Notes under the pieces: generated by a model | Told to the model about the DNA's origin: nothing | Database searches by the model: none | Seen by the model: only the letters and a program-made list of their open reading frames with translations | Assembly (NCBI GenBank): GCA_001179505.1 | Contig: CDMY01000138.1 | Coordinates: 1-64,000, forward strand | Direction of reading: 5' to 3' | DNA: 64,000 bases | Source: Vitrella brassicaformis CCMP3155 | Taxonomy: Eukaryota; Protista; Chromerida | Position numbers and translations under genes: made by a program | Shown: piece by piece, positions 1-11,568 of the stretch | Position numbering within the stretch: the stretch's first letter is position 1 | Layout: each line of letters begins with the position of its first letter

Positions 1-246
1 CGCCGGCCGCTTCGACGTTCCAAGTCCATCCTCAAATCGCCACACACGTGTGCATGAGGAGGCACGCGGCGATGCTCGCCGTTCCCGGAATGCAGCAGCA
101 GCCACCAACACACCAACCCCCCACACAACAGACGCCGCAACCAATCAATTGAAACCCTCCTCCCCTCGGCTACCTTACAACACACCCTCCCGCCCTCCCG
201 CCCATCGCACCACCAAGAAACGCATTCAAATCACTCACTGACTCGG

Positions 247-2675
247 TCACTCCTCGTCTCTGTGGTCCCCCTTGTCGGCCTCTCTGGCCCCCCCACGGCC
301 GATCCCGCCAGGCCGCAGCACCTTGCCCCTGCCCCACCCACCACCAAGACCAACAGGGCGTGGCGGGGGCGGTGCGCCGAGGGCGTGTTTGGCCGAGCTG
401 GGCGGCGTCGGCTCGGCCTCATTGTGGGTGTCGAAGGAGGCCAGGCGGTTCGGACGGTTGAACGGCGGCTGTTTGCGGTCGGGGGGAGGGCGTCTGCCCT
501 CTCCCTCTCCCTCTCGCCAGCCGCCCCCCACCCTCTCGCCGCGTGGAAACCGCCCCCCGCCGCCGCCGTATGGCCGCTGTCCGCCGATGTTGTTGTCGCG
601 CATCATGTCGCGGGCTCGGCGGTCGTCGTCGAGTGTCTCTCTGGGCGGGAGCTCGATGCCGCCTGGCGGGATGGGGGGCTCGTTGTCGCCGTGTTTGGGG
701 GGCGTGGGGGTGGGGCGGCTGCGGTTGTCCTTGACAGAGGCCAGACCCAGAGACCTGAAGGCGAGCAGGGGTGGAGAAACGTGTGAATGTGTGTGGGCTC
801 CCCGTGTGCCTGTCTATGGCTGGTGTGCATTGCATACTTGGAGTGCTCTCGCCAGTCGATGGCGAAGCTGTCGCCCAGACGAAGCACGCGCTTCAGCGCC
901 TCGCTGATGACACACACAGACACAGACAGTGAGATGCCTTCCACAGACCATGTGCATGCGTATGTATCTCGCAGCCCCTCTCACACACATGAGTTGGTCG
1001 CGGACTTCCGGCGTCTTGCTCTTGTGCCACAGAGACAACGAGTCCTCCTGAATCGATGGGAAACAGACACCACAGCAGGCAGGTCCACAGGCGTGTTTGT
1101 GTGTGTCGGGTGGTTGGCTGGCTGTCGTGCTCACCCCGCGGCGCACAGAGATGACGGCCCCGCAGATCTCGTCGGGGTCCTCCGTCTGGAACTGCTCACC
1201 GATCAACGCCAACACCTGCAAATGCCGCCCCCACACACATGCACAGAAGCCATCCGGCCGTCTCACTGTATCGCCGACTGACCATGTCCTCCCAGATGGC
1301 CGCAGTGATGTCCTTGGGCACTTTGACGATCAAACGACCACCTGCACACACAGGTGAAGGGCAATGACGGGGCCATGAGAGAGAGTGTGTGCGGCAGGTA
1401 CCCTCTCTGTTTTCGGCGTCTTCCCATGAGGGGACGACGCCCTCACGGAACAGATGGTAGTCTAAACACACACACACACAGGCAGGCAGGCGGGCAGGCA
1501 GAGAAAAACGCGTGTGTTGTGTCGGTGCATGTGTGTGTTTCCCCACACAGCCACCCACCCGATCTGTGAGCCATGCGATCAGCCTTGCGGATGCGATTGT
1601 ACACAAACCAAAACTGCTCTACCTGACAAACACACACACACACACACCAGACACAGACACAGACACACACCAGACACATCAGACAGACGACACGCAGGGC
1701 ACCCACCCCCTCAGCTCAGTGCCTCACCGACCGTGTCGAAGGTGTAGTATTCGTGGAGTGCGTCCCGCCAGTTGGCGGGGTTCTTGTTGCCCGTCTTGGT
1801 GAACCACAAGCACCACGCACGGTGCAGCTTGTGGTGGCTCGACTTGTCGCCCAAATCCTTCACCGGCGGACGCCAACCGTCCTGTTTCCCACACACAGAC
1901 ACAGTATGCACCGCACCCATACGTCAGTCACATGTCATGTGTTGCATGTGTGTCGTGGCCATTAATGCATTCCATTGCGTTGCACTGAACTGACCTCTTC
2001 CTCTTCGTTTGGTGCGGGGTGCGGCCCGGGCGATGGCGAAGGGCGGCGATTGATGCGCTGACCCCCACGCATCACAGGGCCGTTTCGACGGTCCATGGGC
2101 GGCTCCCGCTCCCTCTCCCTGTCGCGATGGTCACGGGGCAGCCCGTCCCTCTCCCTCTCCCTCTCCACCCGGTCTCTGTCACGATCTCGGTCACGGCCGT
2201 AGCTATCCCGGTCGTGCCGCTCACGGTCACGATCTCTGGGCGGCACATCTCTCTCGCGCTCCCTGGGCCCGACCTCCTGCAGACAGACAGACAGACAGGC
2301 GTCCATCCCTTGGTGTAGGGCTCCGTATCTGTGAGAGCACGGGGGCGCTGTGCTGTGTGTCCACCACACCTGCTGTTGCCCTCCGCCCCCTCCTCGCAGG
2401 TCGTCAGGGCGGCTGAACCGGTCCCTCTCTCGCACATCGTCAGGGTGGAACCGGCCTCCACCACCACCACGGTCTCTGTCCCTCTCACGGTCCCTATCCC
2501 TGTCCCTTTCCCTGTCACGATCTCGGTCTCGCTCACCACGCGGCGGGAAATCTCTCGGCGAGTGCTCCATGGTCACCTCCTCCCTCATCTCCCGCCTGCG
2601 CGCCGGCCGCGAGCGGCCAGCGATGTGCCAGCCGGCGTTGCCTCGCGCGTCGTGATCGGGCGATTGGTCACCCAT
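247..2675 (-). CDS. eIF4E: eIF4E-family cap-binding protein with an N-terminal Arg-Asp/Arg-Glu repeat extension and a C-terminal Pro/Gly/Arg-rich extension (multi-exon)
   Basis: Exons splice in frame at GT-AG sites to give HKLHRAWCLWF..ANW..TFDTVEQFW..DYHLFREGVVPSWED..GGRL..IWEDMVLALIGEQF..ICGAVISVRR.EDSLSLW, the eIF4E tryptophan pattern. ATG at 2675, TGA at 247-249. Confidence 0.9.
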
Positions 2676-2944
2676 GGGTTGGGATGATGCGACGAGGCGA
2701 CGGAGCGGGAGCGACGGCTGCAGCGGGGAGATGAGGCTTGTCGGATGGTGCGGAGGCGTCTTTCGGCTCTCAGCTTCGTTGCAGCGGGGGGAAACGGGAA
2801 AACACAGCCGAGAAAAAGGGGAGCTTCTTTCCGTGCGAGCTCAAGGAGGAGAGGAAGGCACCTCCGTCGAAATGGGAGGAGAACGACTTGACGGCAAGGA
2901 CAGGTGATACTCTGGCAGGAAATCTGCCCATTTATCGCTTTGTG
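2676..2944. promoter_or_regulatory. Putative bidirectional promoter between eIF4E and cytosine deaminase
   Basis: Head-to-head start codons about 270 bp apart with no microsatellites between them. Function is inferred from geometry only. Confidence 0.45.
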
Positions 2945-3595
2945 ATGGTGGAGAGAGAGGTTGATGACGTGGCATTCATGCGGATGGCTTTTGAGGAGGC
3001 AAAGAAGGGCGCTCAGGAGGGCGGCATCCCAATTGGAGCTGTGCTCGTCTTGCTCGAAGACCCACCCAAAGTGCTGGGCCGCGGACACAATCAAAGGTGA
3101 CAGTCATGGCCGCACCGACGTCGACTTCACTCACTCATCGTCGCGTGTGTGTGTGTCTATCTGACTGCAGGGTGCAGAAGCGGTCAGCAACGCTCCACGC
3201 AGGTCAGTTGGAATGATGGCATCGGAATGATGCATATCACCGGCCGCCTCATTCACTTCCGTGTTTGCCGCGCATCGCATGCGCTCTCTGTCTCGTTTTG
3301 CTTGGCAGAGATGGACTGCGTCGAGAACGCCGGCCGCCTGGTCGGCAGCGTGTACAAGAATACTTGCCTGTATACCACTCTCTCGCCGTGCGACATGTGC
3401 ACCGGGTGCATCCTCTTGTACGGCATTCCGAGGGTGGTGATCGGCGAGAACCACTCGTTCAGGGGCAAGGGTGAGGAGCTGCTGCGGTCGAGAGGAGTGG
3501 AGGTGGTGGTGCTTGACGACGCTGAGATACGGGGGTACTTCTGTGAGTGGATAAGGCGGAATGAGGGGCTCTGGAACGAGGATATCGGCGTGTGA
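2945..3595 (+). CDS. FCY1: Cytosine deaminase, fungal FCY1-type (zinc-dependent CDA fold), 3 exons
   Basis: Spliced protein MVEREVDDVAFMRMAFEEAKKGAQEGGIPIGAVLV..VLGRGHNQR|VQKRSATLHA|EMDCVENAGRL..LYTTLSPCDMCTGCILLYGIPRVVIGEN..WNEDIGV. It has the HxE and PCxxC zinc motifs and the C-terminal WxEDIG of yeast Fcy1. Confidence 0.9.
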
Positions 3596-3997
3596 GTGCC
3601 GGCCGCCCAGCCGGCCGGCCATCGATCCGGCCACTCCGTGCGCCGACATGCATCAGTCCGTGCACCCATGATGGGTGTGTGGACTGGTCTCCGTCGTCGA
3701 GCGGAGTGGGCGCATGGATGTCATGGCCACCATACCATACATGAGTGTGTGTGTGTGTGTTGGTGTTTTCTTGGTGTGCAGCGGATGGCTGCCGTGCCGT
3801 GTGGAAGAACATGCTTCTACGTGTGTACAGTAGGTAGAGCAGCTCTGCTCTGCATGGGGGCTTTGTCATGACTGACACCAGCAGGGGACGGACTGTCAGT
3901 AACGGTTGACCAGATCAATAACGTCCAAAGCAAGCCAGCCACTTTTCGACCATGTGAAATGAACGTCAAGACAGAAACAACACAGCCGTCGGCTCAT

Positions 3998-5838
3998 CTA
4001 TCTGACGTCCTGCCTGCGCTTCTTGAAGCCCATCGCACGCCCACCTGCACACACACAAACGACACACCCGTCGGCGTGGCGCCACGCACTGACCAGCCAT
4101 CTTGATGTCTCACCCTGGCCCTTGCTGCCCCGTTTCCTCGATCCGAGAAATCCCTCCCCAGCAGAAGTGGGCACCGACTGAGTGCTCCTCAGCACATCGC
4201 GAGACTGACCGATCCACACACAACACATAAGACACCCCAACACAAACACATCAAATGCAGCCATGGGGACGGTCTGGCCTACCTTCTCAGTGGCCGCGAG
4301 GTAGTCGCCGAGCGCCCCTCCCCTCTTGTTTGATGGACCGGTCTTCTTTCCCCTGCTGCCTCTGACCCGCTGTGACGCCCCACTGCCTGCCATGGCGATG
4401 GTGCTGTCGGCGAGGCTCGTCAGGTCCGACAGCAGCATCCCGGTGCTGTCACGAGAGAGCTTGCCCTTCTCGCGCAGACGCTTCAAATCTGCCCAAGGAG
4501 ACACACACACACACACACACACGGGTGTTGTGTGGTGGACTGGCGGCATGTGCGTACCTCTTTTTTCCTTTTTGTTGATTTGTATGCGTCTGAAGCTCTC
4601 CTCCTCTATCTGCTGCCTTTCCACCTGCCGCCTCATCAGCGCGGCCGCCTCGGCGTCACGACGCAAATCGGACCCGCCGACCTCCTCAGGCACCTGCAGC
4701 CAGACACAGACACGCAGACACACACACACACACATGAGTAGGAGTTCGGTGTGTGTGTGTGTGTGTGTTTACGTCAGAGATTTCTTGTCTGAGTGAGCGG
4801 ACGTATTCGGTCTTTTTGAGCCTCTCCCTCTGCCTGTCCGCCTCGCGATGCGCCTTGGCAGCTGCCGACAACTGAGACAAGACAGCCATGGCACATGGGA
4901 GGTCGACAATAGCCAACCGCTGCATGCCGTGGTTTTGCTGTGTGTGCGCACTGCACGTACGTGGTCGCCCGTGTACTCGACAGCCAGAAGCTTCGGCGGC
5001 TTGTAGACGCCCTTGGCAGCCACCTCTCCCTCTCCCTCTCCGTCTTCCGCAGGCACCTCCCCTCCGCCCTCCTGCTCATCGCTCTGCTCCATTGGCTCTT
5101 CGTCGGCTTCATTTGGATTCATCAGCTGGTCCAGCCAGGGCCTCAGCGGCTGCGCAGCCTCACTGGCCGCCTCTGACATACACACACATACACGATTTCG
5201 TTGTTGCGTGTGGGGTGGGTGCATTGTGCGTGGCTGAGTCGAGTCACCTTGGATTGGTTTGGCGGCCATGTCGAGCAGTCTGTTGACCTGGTATGCCAGG
5301 CGCTAGTCAATGGGGCGCATCTTCTCCATCAGAGTGCGCAGCAGCACCAGCTCGTCAACCACGGGGTGGGGGCTGACCGACTCACCCTTCACCTGAACCA
5401 CATCAAGTAGATCAGTACACACACGTGTGTGTGTGTGTGCGTGATATGGATGGATGGCTGCGCCTTGACGTCGAGATACGAGATGCCCTAACACACACAC
5501 ACAGCACGTTTATCTCCCTCTGCCTCTGCCTCGCCCATCCCTCTCCTCGCCCACCTTGTCCACATGAATGCTGGGCCCATCAATCGTCTCGTTGAGCGAC
5601 TCCAGCTTCTTCCGCAGACTCTCAGCCTTCCCCTTCAGCTCGCCAAGCGCAGTCAACACTCCCTCATCAGCCGCATCCTCACCATCCACACGCAGCAGCT
5701 CATCCCTGCTGCTGCCCTCACGTCGAAAGGAGTGGGATGTGCCATCTGGCGGGGCAGCGAAGCGGCGAGCGCCTCATAGTCCACGAGCGGGTCCTCGACA
5801 GCATCTCTCTCGGTGTGGGCGTCATGATCTCCATTCAT
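3998..5838 (-). CDS. NGDN: Neuroguidin/Lcp5 (Sas10/Utp3/C1D family) SSU-processome factor; disrupted as assembled
   Basis: Motifs GISYLDVK, HPVVDELVLLRTLMEKMRPID*RLAYQVNRLL, YKPPKLLAVEY, VRSLRQEISDVPEE and EEESFRRIQINKKEK. The 3' exons splice cleanly to TAG at 3998. The 5' half has an in-frame TAG (5303-5305) and two apparent frameshifts. Start codon uncertain (5838 or 5745). Confidence 0.8.
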
Positions 5839-6242
5839 CAGCTCGGTTTGCGGTTTCAGCAGCGTTTGCAAGGTCTCGTAGTCGCCAAACCGATGAATCC
5901 GATCCTCACTGACAGTGGTCAGCTCGCACCTTCCGGGCGGATTGCGTGCGGCTCGTCGGTGAGGGCACCGGCGGGCGAACGACAGCACATGCATGGCATC
6001 CACCGATTGTGTCACCTTCCTGCGTGTGTCACATGTGTGCAGGCAGTGCTCGTCAGATCTCTCACCGCATTCATTGCCGCCAGACAGAGCCGTGAGAAAG
6101 GCACCCACACACACATGCAGCACGGTGGACACACCGGATGACGCTGCGCCTCATTCTTGGCGTGTCAGATCTGGTGTCGGGGTCAGTGGGCGTGTGTGCG
6201 CGTGCGCGTGCCGACACGACACAGAGAGGTCGGCCTGCGCAC

Positions 6243-6758
6243 ATGAGCACACCCGTGGCCAAGCCTGCGGCCATCCTTGTGTCATCTCACGCCATCAGGT
6301 GCCTTAGTGGTTTGTGTGGCGGGGCATCATTGCGTTCCGTGACGGCCTGACTGCCATTCTATTGCTCGCCCTCAGGCACACCAGGTGTGGATGCACACAG
6401 AGATGAGACAGACAGACAGACAGCCTCACACACACACACACACCTGTTCGCCTGCGGCATCTGCCTGGAAGGCGCAACGGAGCCGGTCGTCACGCGATGC
6501 GGACACCTGGTAAGGGAGAGAGAGAGACCACGATGGACGGACGAGGCACCACACAGGAATATGGGTGTGTGTGCCATGTAGTATTGCTGGGCGTGTCTGC
6601 ACGAGTGGCTGGTCGGCGGCAAAAAGGAGTGTCCCATGTGCAAGGCGGCCGTGACGGTCGACAGCCTCATACCGCTGTATACGACAGGAGGCGATGAGCA
6701 GGACCCCAGGTACATAATCCATCAAAGATACTCATTGCACAAACCGATATGGTCACCT

Positions 6759-6793
<35 letters not shown>

Positions 6794-7098
6794 TTGCGTG
6801 CTGGCTGGCTGGCTGGCTGGCTGGCTGCATACAATCAGGCTGCGTGGGATTCCCCAGCGGCCGACAGCCGAGCGGACGCCGAACAGCCATAGGTGTGCAA
6901 CCCGAGCAAACCGACCATTCACGATGAATGCATTCGCTCACGTGTCGGTGTGTGTGTGTCAGTGTGGCCAACAGCGGCGGTGCGCCGGTGAGGACCTCAG
7001 CTGCCGGCACAGCTGGACCGCAGCCGAGCGGCACGCAGCAGCAGCAGCAGCAGGTCACCAACCCCACCACCACAGCACAGCAGGCCAGGGAAAAATGA
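6243..7098 (+). CDS. RNF5/RNF185-like C3HC4 RING E3 ubiquitin ligase
   Basis: Spliced FACGICLEGATEPVVTRCGHL|YCWACLHEWL..ECPMCKAAVTVDSLIPLYTTGGDEQDPR|LRGIPQRPTAERTP. The 5' exons and start codon are uncertain. One 3' option ends QQQQQQVTNPTTTAQQAREK* at 7098. Confidence 0.78.
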
Positions 7099-7155
7099 GC
7101 AGGGACAAGATATACACACCTCGCCATCTGTCTGGCTTATTTGCCCCCTTTGCAG

Positions 7156-7459
7156 CGACAATGACGGCTTCACTCTGATGTCATCTGGTGTGCGGTATCG
7201 CATCGTCACCGAGGGCACCGGCAGAGTGACGACGCTCAACGACCGCGTCAAGTTCGACGGCATTGCGTGGGGTGATGCATTCGACGGCCAGGACAAACGC
7301 ATCGATCGCCGTGGGGAAGTGTGCTGTGTGACTGATACGGTTGGGTGGCTGCGTGAGGCGGTGCTGTCGATGCGGGGTGAAGAGGTCAGGCGAGTCATGC
7401 TGCCACCCGGATGGTATGCACCTTACCGCCAGCTGCATTTGGTCAGCATACTAGAGTAG
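7156..7459 (+). CDS. Divergent FKBP-like (Mip-type) domain exon, possibly an alternative last exon of the RING gene
   Basis: The acceptor ttgcag is followed by DNDGFTLMSSGVRYRIVTEGTG..DRVKF..AFDG..RRGE..VGWLREAVLSMRGEEVRRVMLPP..Y, which resembles the FKBP pattern SG.Y....G.G / GW.E....M..GE.R....PP. Confidence 0.55.
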
Positions 7460-7751
7460 GACAGAGTGCACAAAGTCACGTGTGGGCGTCTCTGTGGGTC
7501 ACACACTCATGCGTGCGACAGGGGGCTTCTCCCTCTTTGCCTGGCTGCCTGCGTGCCTCGGCTTTGAGGGAAGGATTGAGTGTGTCATGCATGAGTTTTG
7601 GTGCAATGTCGCCGTACTCGGGGGCGATTTTATCACCGAGTCAGTCAGTGTTTGTGTGCGTGTCGCATCTTTTCTCCCATCACTGCATCCTGCCTGCCTG
7701 ACTGCCATGAGTGTGCCCGGGAAATATGCTGGGATATTTGTCGGTGGGCAG

Positions 7752-7904
7752 GTGCGTCGTGTGTCTGATACATTTGTGGGAGGGTGGGCGGTGGTGTGAG
7801 GCGTTGTGCTGTCAATGCGGGAGGGGGAAGTCAGGCAAATCATCAAGCCAGCCGGATATTATCCCGTTCGCTACGCTCAGCTGCGGTTGACCAGCATTGA
7901 GTAG
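7752..7904 (+). pseudogene. Degenerate tandem copy of the 3' half of the FKBP-like exon
   Basis: Aligns by eye with 7319-7459 (VVLSMREGEVRQIIKPAGYYPVRYAQLRLTSIE* versus AVLSMRGEEVRRVMLPPGWYAPYRQLHLVSILE*). It carries an upstream TGA and indels, and similarity continues into the 3' flanks. Confidence 0.6.
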
Positions 7905-9798
7905 GAGCGAGTCCACACACACCCGTGGGCGGCTGTGTGCGTCACACACTCACGTGTGTGGCCTGGCCGGGGGCTCTTCCATCGTCACACGGCTGACTGC
8001 GGGGGTCTGTGTGTCTTGGCTTTGAGCGAAAGAGTGAGTGTGTTGTCGGTTTGCAAGCCGCCCCGCCCTCATGTGGCAGTTTTTGCGTGCTTGCGTGTGT
8101 GCGTTTCCTTCTCACGCAGAGAGAGCGACAGAGTTTTTCCTGCATGAGAGTGACGGTGCGTTGGTTGACTGGGGTTATTGTGGCTGTGTGTGCTGTCCGT
8201 CGGCCGGCCGTGTGCGATCCGCACTGCATGCAAACACACTGGCCGGACAGAGACCGGTTCTCCCCTTCTGTGTGTGGTGGCAAGATGGCTCTTCCCGCGC
8301 TGCCTGGCTGCCTTTGTGTTTTTTGTGTGTGTGCTCTGCCTTTGTGTTTTGGTGTGTGTGCTCGCTTTGATTGGACACCGTGTGTGTGGTGGGGGTGGGG
8401 GGGAACACCGAGATGCGGCCAATCAATCAGACAGACAGACACAAAACATTTTTACCTCGCCGCTGCCTGTCTGTGTGTGTAAGTGCGTCTGTTTGTGTGT
8501 GTGTGTGTGGTGTCCACTCTCTCTCTCCCCCATGTCTACTTTCCGTGTGTGGTGGGCCGTGCGACCCGGTCCCATGTTGCTGTATGCTTTGACTACGTCT
8601 CGCTGTCTGCCACGTGTTCATTGAGTGGCACCCCGTCTCGGTGAACGGTCGGCAGACACCGATGGGTGACAAGGAGCATACGCTTTGGGTGGATGGAGTG
8701 AGAGGTGAGGGTGCTGCTGCTGCTGGTGATGAATCAATGGGTGTGACAGTGGGCAAGGACCGCGGATGCTTGACTGGATTGCGTAACACTGTTCGAGAAC
8801 CACCATCCATCCGGTGCGTTTTAAGTCGTGCAGTGGGAGGCTGGGTGACGATGGATGGATGGATGACATTGCGTCCGTCGCTCGACAGGCGCCAACATGC
8901 ATTCACTCTGCCTAGCTGCCACATTGCATTGTATATACGCCCGTCTTGGCCTGTTCGTGTCGGCCAAGCACATGGATGGCCGGCAGTGAGCACACAGCAC
9001 CGCTCCGCACCACGTGTCGGTGCGGGCAGGTCTGTAGTGTCTGTCTGTCTGTCTGTCTGTCCACGGTTTTTCGTCTATCGGCCACGAATGAGGCCGTCCG
9101 TTCGTCTCACGACAGACCAACAAGCTTCGTTGGATGCACTGCACCAGCGGCAGGCCGTTTGTGTGCATTCAGGTATGTAATCTACGCACGAGTGTTGGGC
9201 AAGGAGGGATAAAGGGGGCCTGTCGGTCGGTCATTCTTGAGGGTGGGGAAAAGAACAGGGGCTTCTCGCTTTGCCCTCCTTTGTCTCTTCACAGCCTGCC
9301 TGCTTGTCTGTCTGACTGCCTGCGGTTTCCCCACCGGCCGTGTCGTGTGTTGGTCGATGCTGGCTGATGGGTCATGTGGTCGATGGATGGATGGATGCGT
9401 TTCGACATCAACGCATAATTACATCTAGACGGTGTGGGTGCTGTCGCGTTGTACGTGTAATGAGTGTGTGTGTGGATGGCATGGCAATTCATCCAACTCA
9501 AATGCTGCCTCTTTTTCTCCACACACATGAGACGATGGATGGATGGACGCTGTGCGTGACATTGCATCTGCCTGCCTGCCTGCCTGCATATATGTGCGTG
9601 TTTCCTGCTTGTACTCTGACACGACGGCTGAGTGTGAGGACGGGCGCAGAATAACCCTTAAGGCAGAGAGATAGGTGCGCGTCAGCAATCACAGGCGCAT
9701 CAACGACAGATGTCACCACTGCGTCTGTCCATCCGTCACGAACGTACACAGACAGCCATCAGCACCCGTCCATCCATACGCACTCGTGCGTGCATCAA

Positions 9799-11383
9799 TC
9801 ACAGCTTCGAGAAGGCCGTCGGCTGTGTCTTGCCCCTCCCCCCCATGTGTGCAGCAGCGGCAGCTGCAATGCCGACGTCCTCACTCTGCAACGCTGCCAT
9901 ATTCCAAATCCGCTGCATCACCAGACCGTCCTGCACGTACACGCACACACAGGTGTAAAGACATGGACAGACACACAAGCACATCCGTACCTCAACAGAG
10001 TGGTCTCGTGAATAGTTGAGGGCCGCCTTGGTGCCGCAGACAGCCACGGGGCTCTTGGACGCTATCACAGATGCCAACTTGAGCGCACCATCTAATGAAT
10101 GGACGACCAAACACAGTGTCTTCTGTCAGCGAGGCGGGTCGTCAATTGCATACCTCTCATGGCTTCGGCCGTCGGCTCTATCGCGCTGACCAGCCCGCGC
10201 TCATAAGCCTTCACTCGAGAATGCCGACACACCCACACCCACACCCACATACAACAATCGCCTCTTGCGTGTCATTCGCTCCACAGTTTCCCATTTCATG
10301 TACCGTACCGCACCTCCCTCACCTCCATCTCTACCTCCCTACGTACCTCTCGTGCGTCAAACCGGCGGGCAGTGTAGGCAAGCTCACGAACCTGACAGAC
10401 AGACAGACAGACATGAGCACAACTGTACGTGTGTACCCATCCATTCATCGATCCATTCATCCCTGATGGTCCTCTCCTTCCTTCTCACCAATCCGCCTAC
10501 CCACCTCGCATACACGTGGCAATCGTTGAAGCGTCCCTGGTCAATCAATTCATCACACACACAGACAAGACACATGTCGCCCTCCCTGTCGGCTCGTTGG
10601 TTCGTCCGTCGGCGTACCCAGGTCGGCCGCAAGCCCCAGGTCAATCTCTTGACGGTGAACCAGGCGTCGTGCGTGTACAGTCGGATGTCGCACGCACAGA
10701 TGAGGTCCACACCGGCGCCCACGCACCCGCCACGCACCGCAGCGATCACGGGCTTCGAACACCTCTCTGAACCATCGATCACCCAATCAGCCGTACAATC
10801 GGATGTGCACGCCACGCACACTCGGTGTGGTGTTGGTGTGCGTACTTACCGAGAGACGACACGCAGTCCTGCAGGTGCTCGACGAAGGCTTTCAGCTTGA
10901 AGGCCCTCCGAGCCACATCTGTGCGATATACATACGTGTAACAAGGCAGGCAAAGCATGCATGGACGAATGGTCAAAGCCAGCCGTTTGCTCCCCGGCTC
11001 TCTCGCTCACCTTCCCCCTCCTGCTGGGCCATATGTGCCATTGCGAACGTCACTGAACGAACAAACGGGCCGACAGAGAAGCAACTGTTCGTCTGCCGGC
11101 AACCTCATGAAGCAAGCGCGTCACTCACAGTCGATTCCCTGAAAGCACACACATGCAACCAACCAACCAGTGAGTGGTGAACAGTGCATAGTACAGGCCT
11201 GCTGGCTGGCTCGTGGCTTGCATACCTCAGTGAAGCGTGACCCTCGTCCCGATCTTCAGAGAAGCCAAGCACACAGGCTGTACGCAGATTGGAGTGATTC
11301 ATTGTCTTTGCTTACAGGATGATGCATCGGCATGACGCATCGGCAGACAGACGATCGAGGAGTAAGCATGAGGTGAATTCATG
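9799..11383 (-). CDS. ECH1: Delta(3,5)-Delta(2,4)-dienoyl-CoA isomerase-like crotonase; one frameshift, 5' end not found
   Basis: Spliced CRCIILSGRGSRFTEGIDL..DVARRAF..ERCSKPVIAAVRGGCVGAGVDLICACDIR..VK/EIDLGLAADLGTLQRLP..VRELAYTARRF..SKSPVAVCGTKAALNYSRDHSV..FSKL*. The C-terminal SKL is a PTS1-type peroxisomal signal. Confidence 0.85.
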
Positions 11384-11568
11384 CTTTCTGGCATGTACTC
11401 GCGCGTGCAAGGCCCCACTTTGTCTGTCTTCCCATCACAAAGAGCGACTGGTCGGTGGTGTCTCTGCGTCTCCACCGCTGCGCCGCTGATGAGAGAGAAA
11501 GGGCGACGCGAGCACTGCACACTGCTTTCTGTGTGTCTCTTTGTTACCTACCCCTTTTTCATCTTGTT

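Noticed and set aside
5303-5305. TAG reassigned to Gln (ciliate-type code) as the explanation for the NGDN internal stop
   Set aside because: TAG is the natural terminator of NGDN itself (3998), the secreted gene (22676) and the MFS gene (55869).
2945-5460. Idea that the cytosine deaminase caused nearby C-to-T lesions such as CAG to TAG
   Set aside because: FCY1-type enzymes act on the free base, not DNA, and the other lesions are indels.
7935-9760. Many Cys/Val- and His/Thr-rich ORFs, and the 188-aa ORF at 8614-9180
   Set aside because: Most are translations of (GT)n/(CA)n/(GACA)n tracts. 8614-9180 has a coding-like start but no recognisable motif or consistent exon chain.
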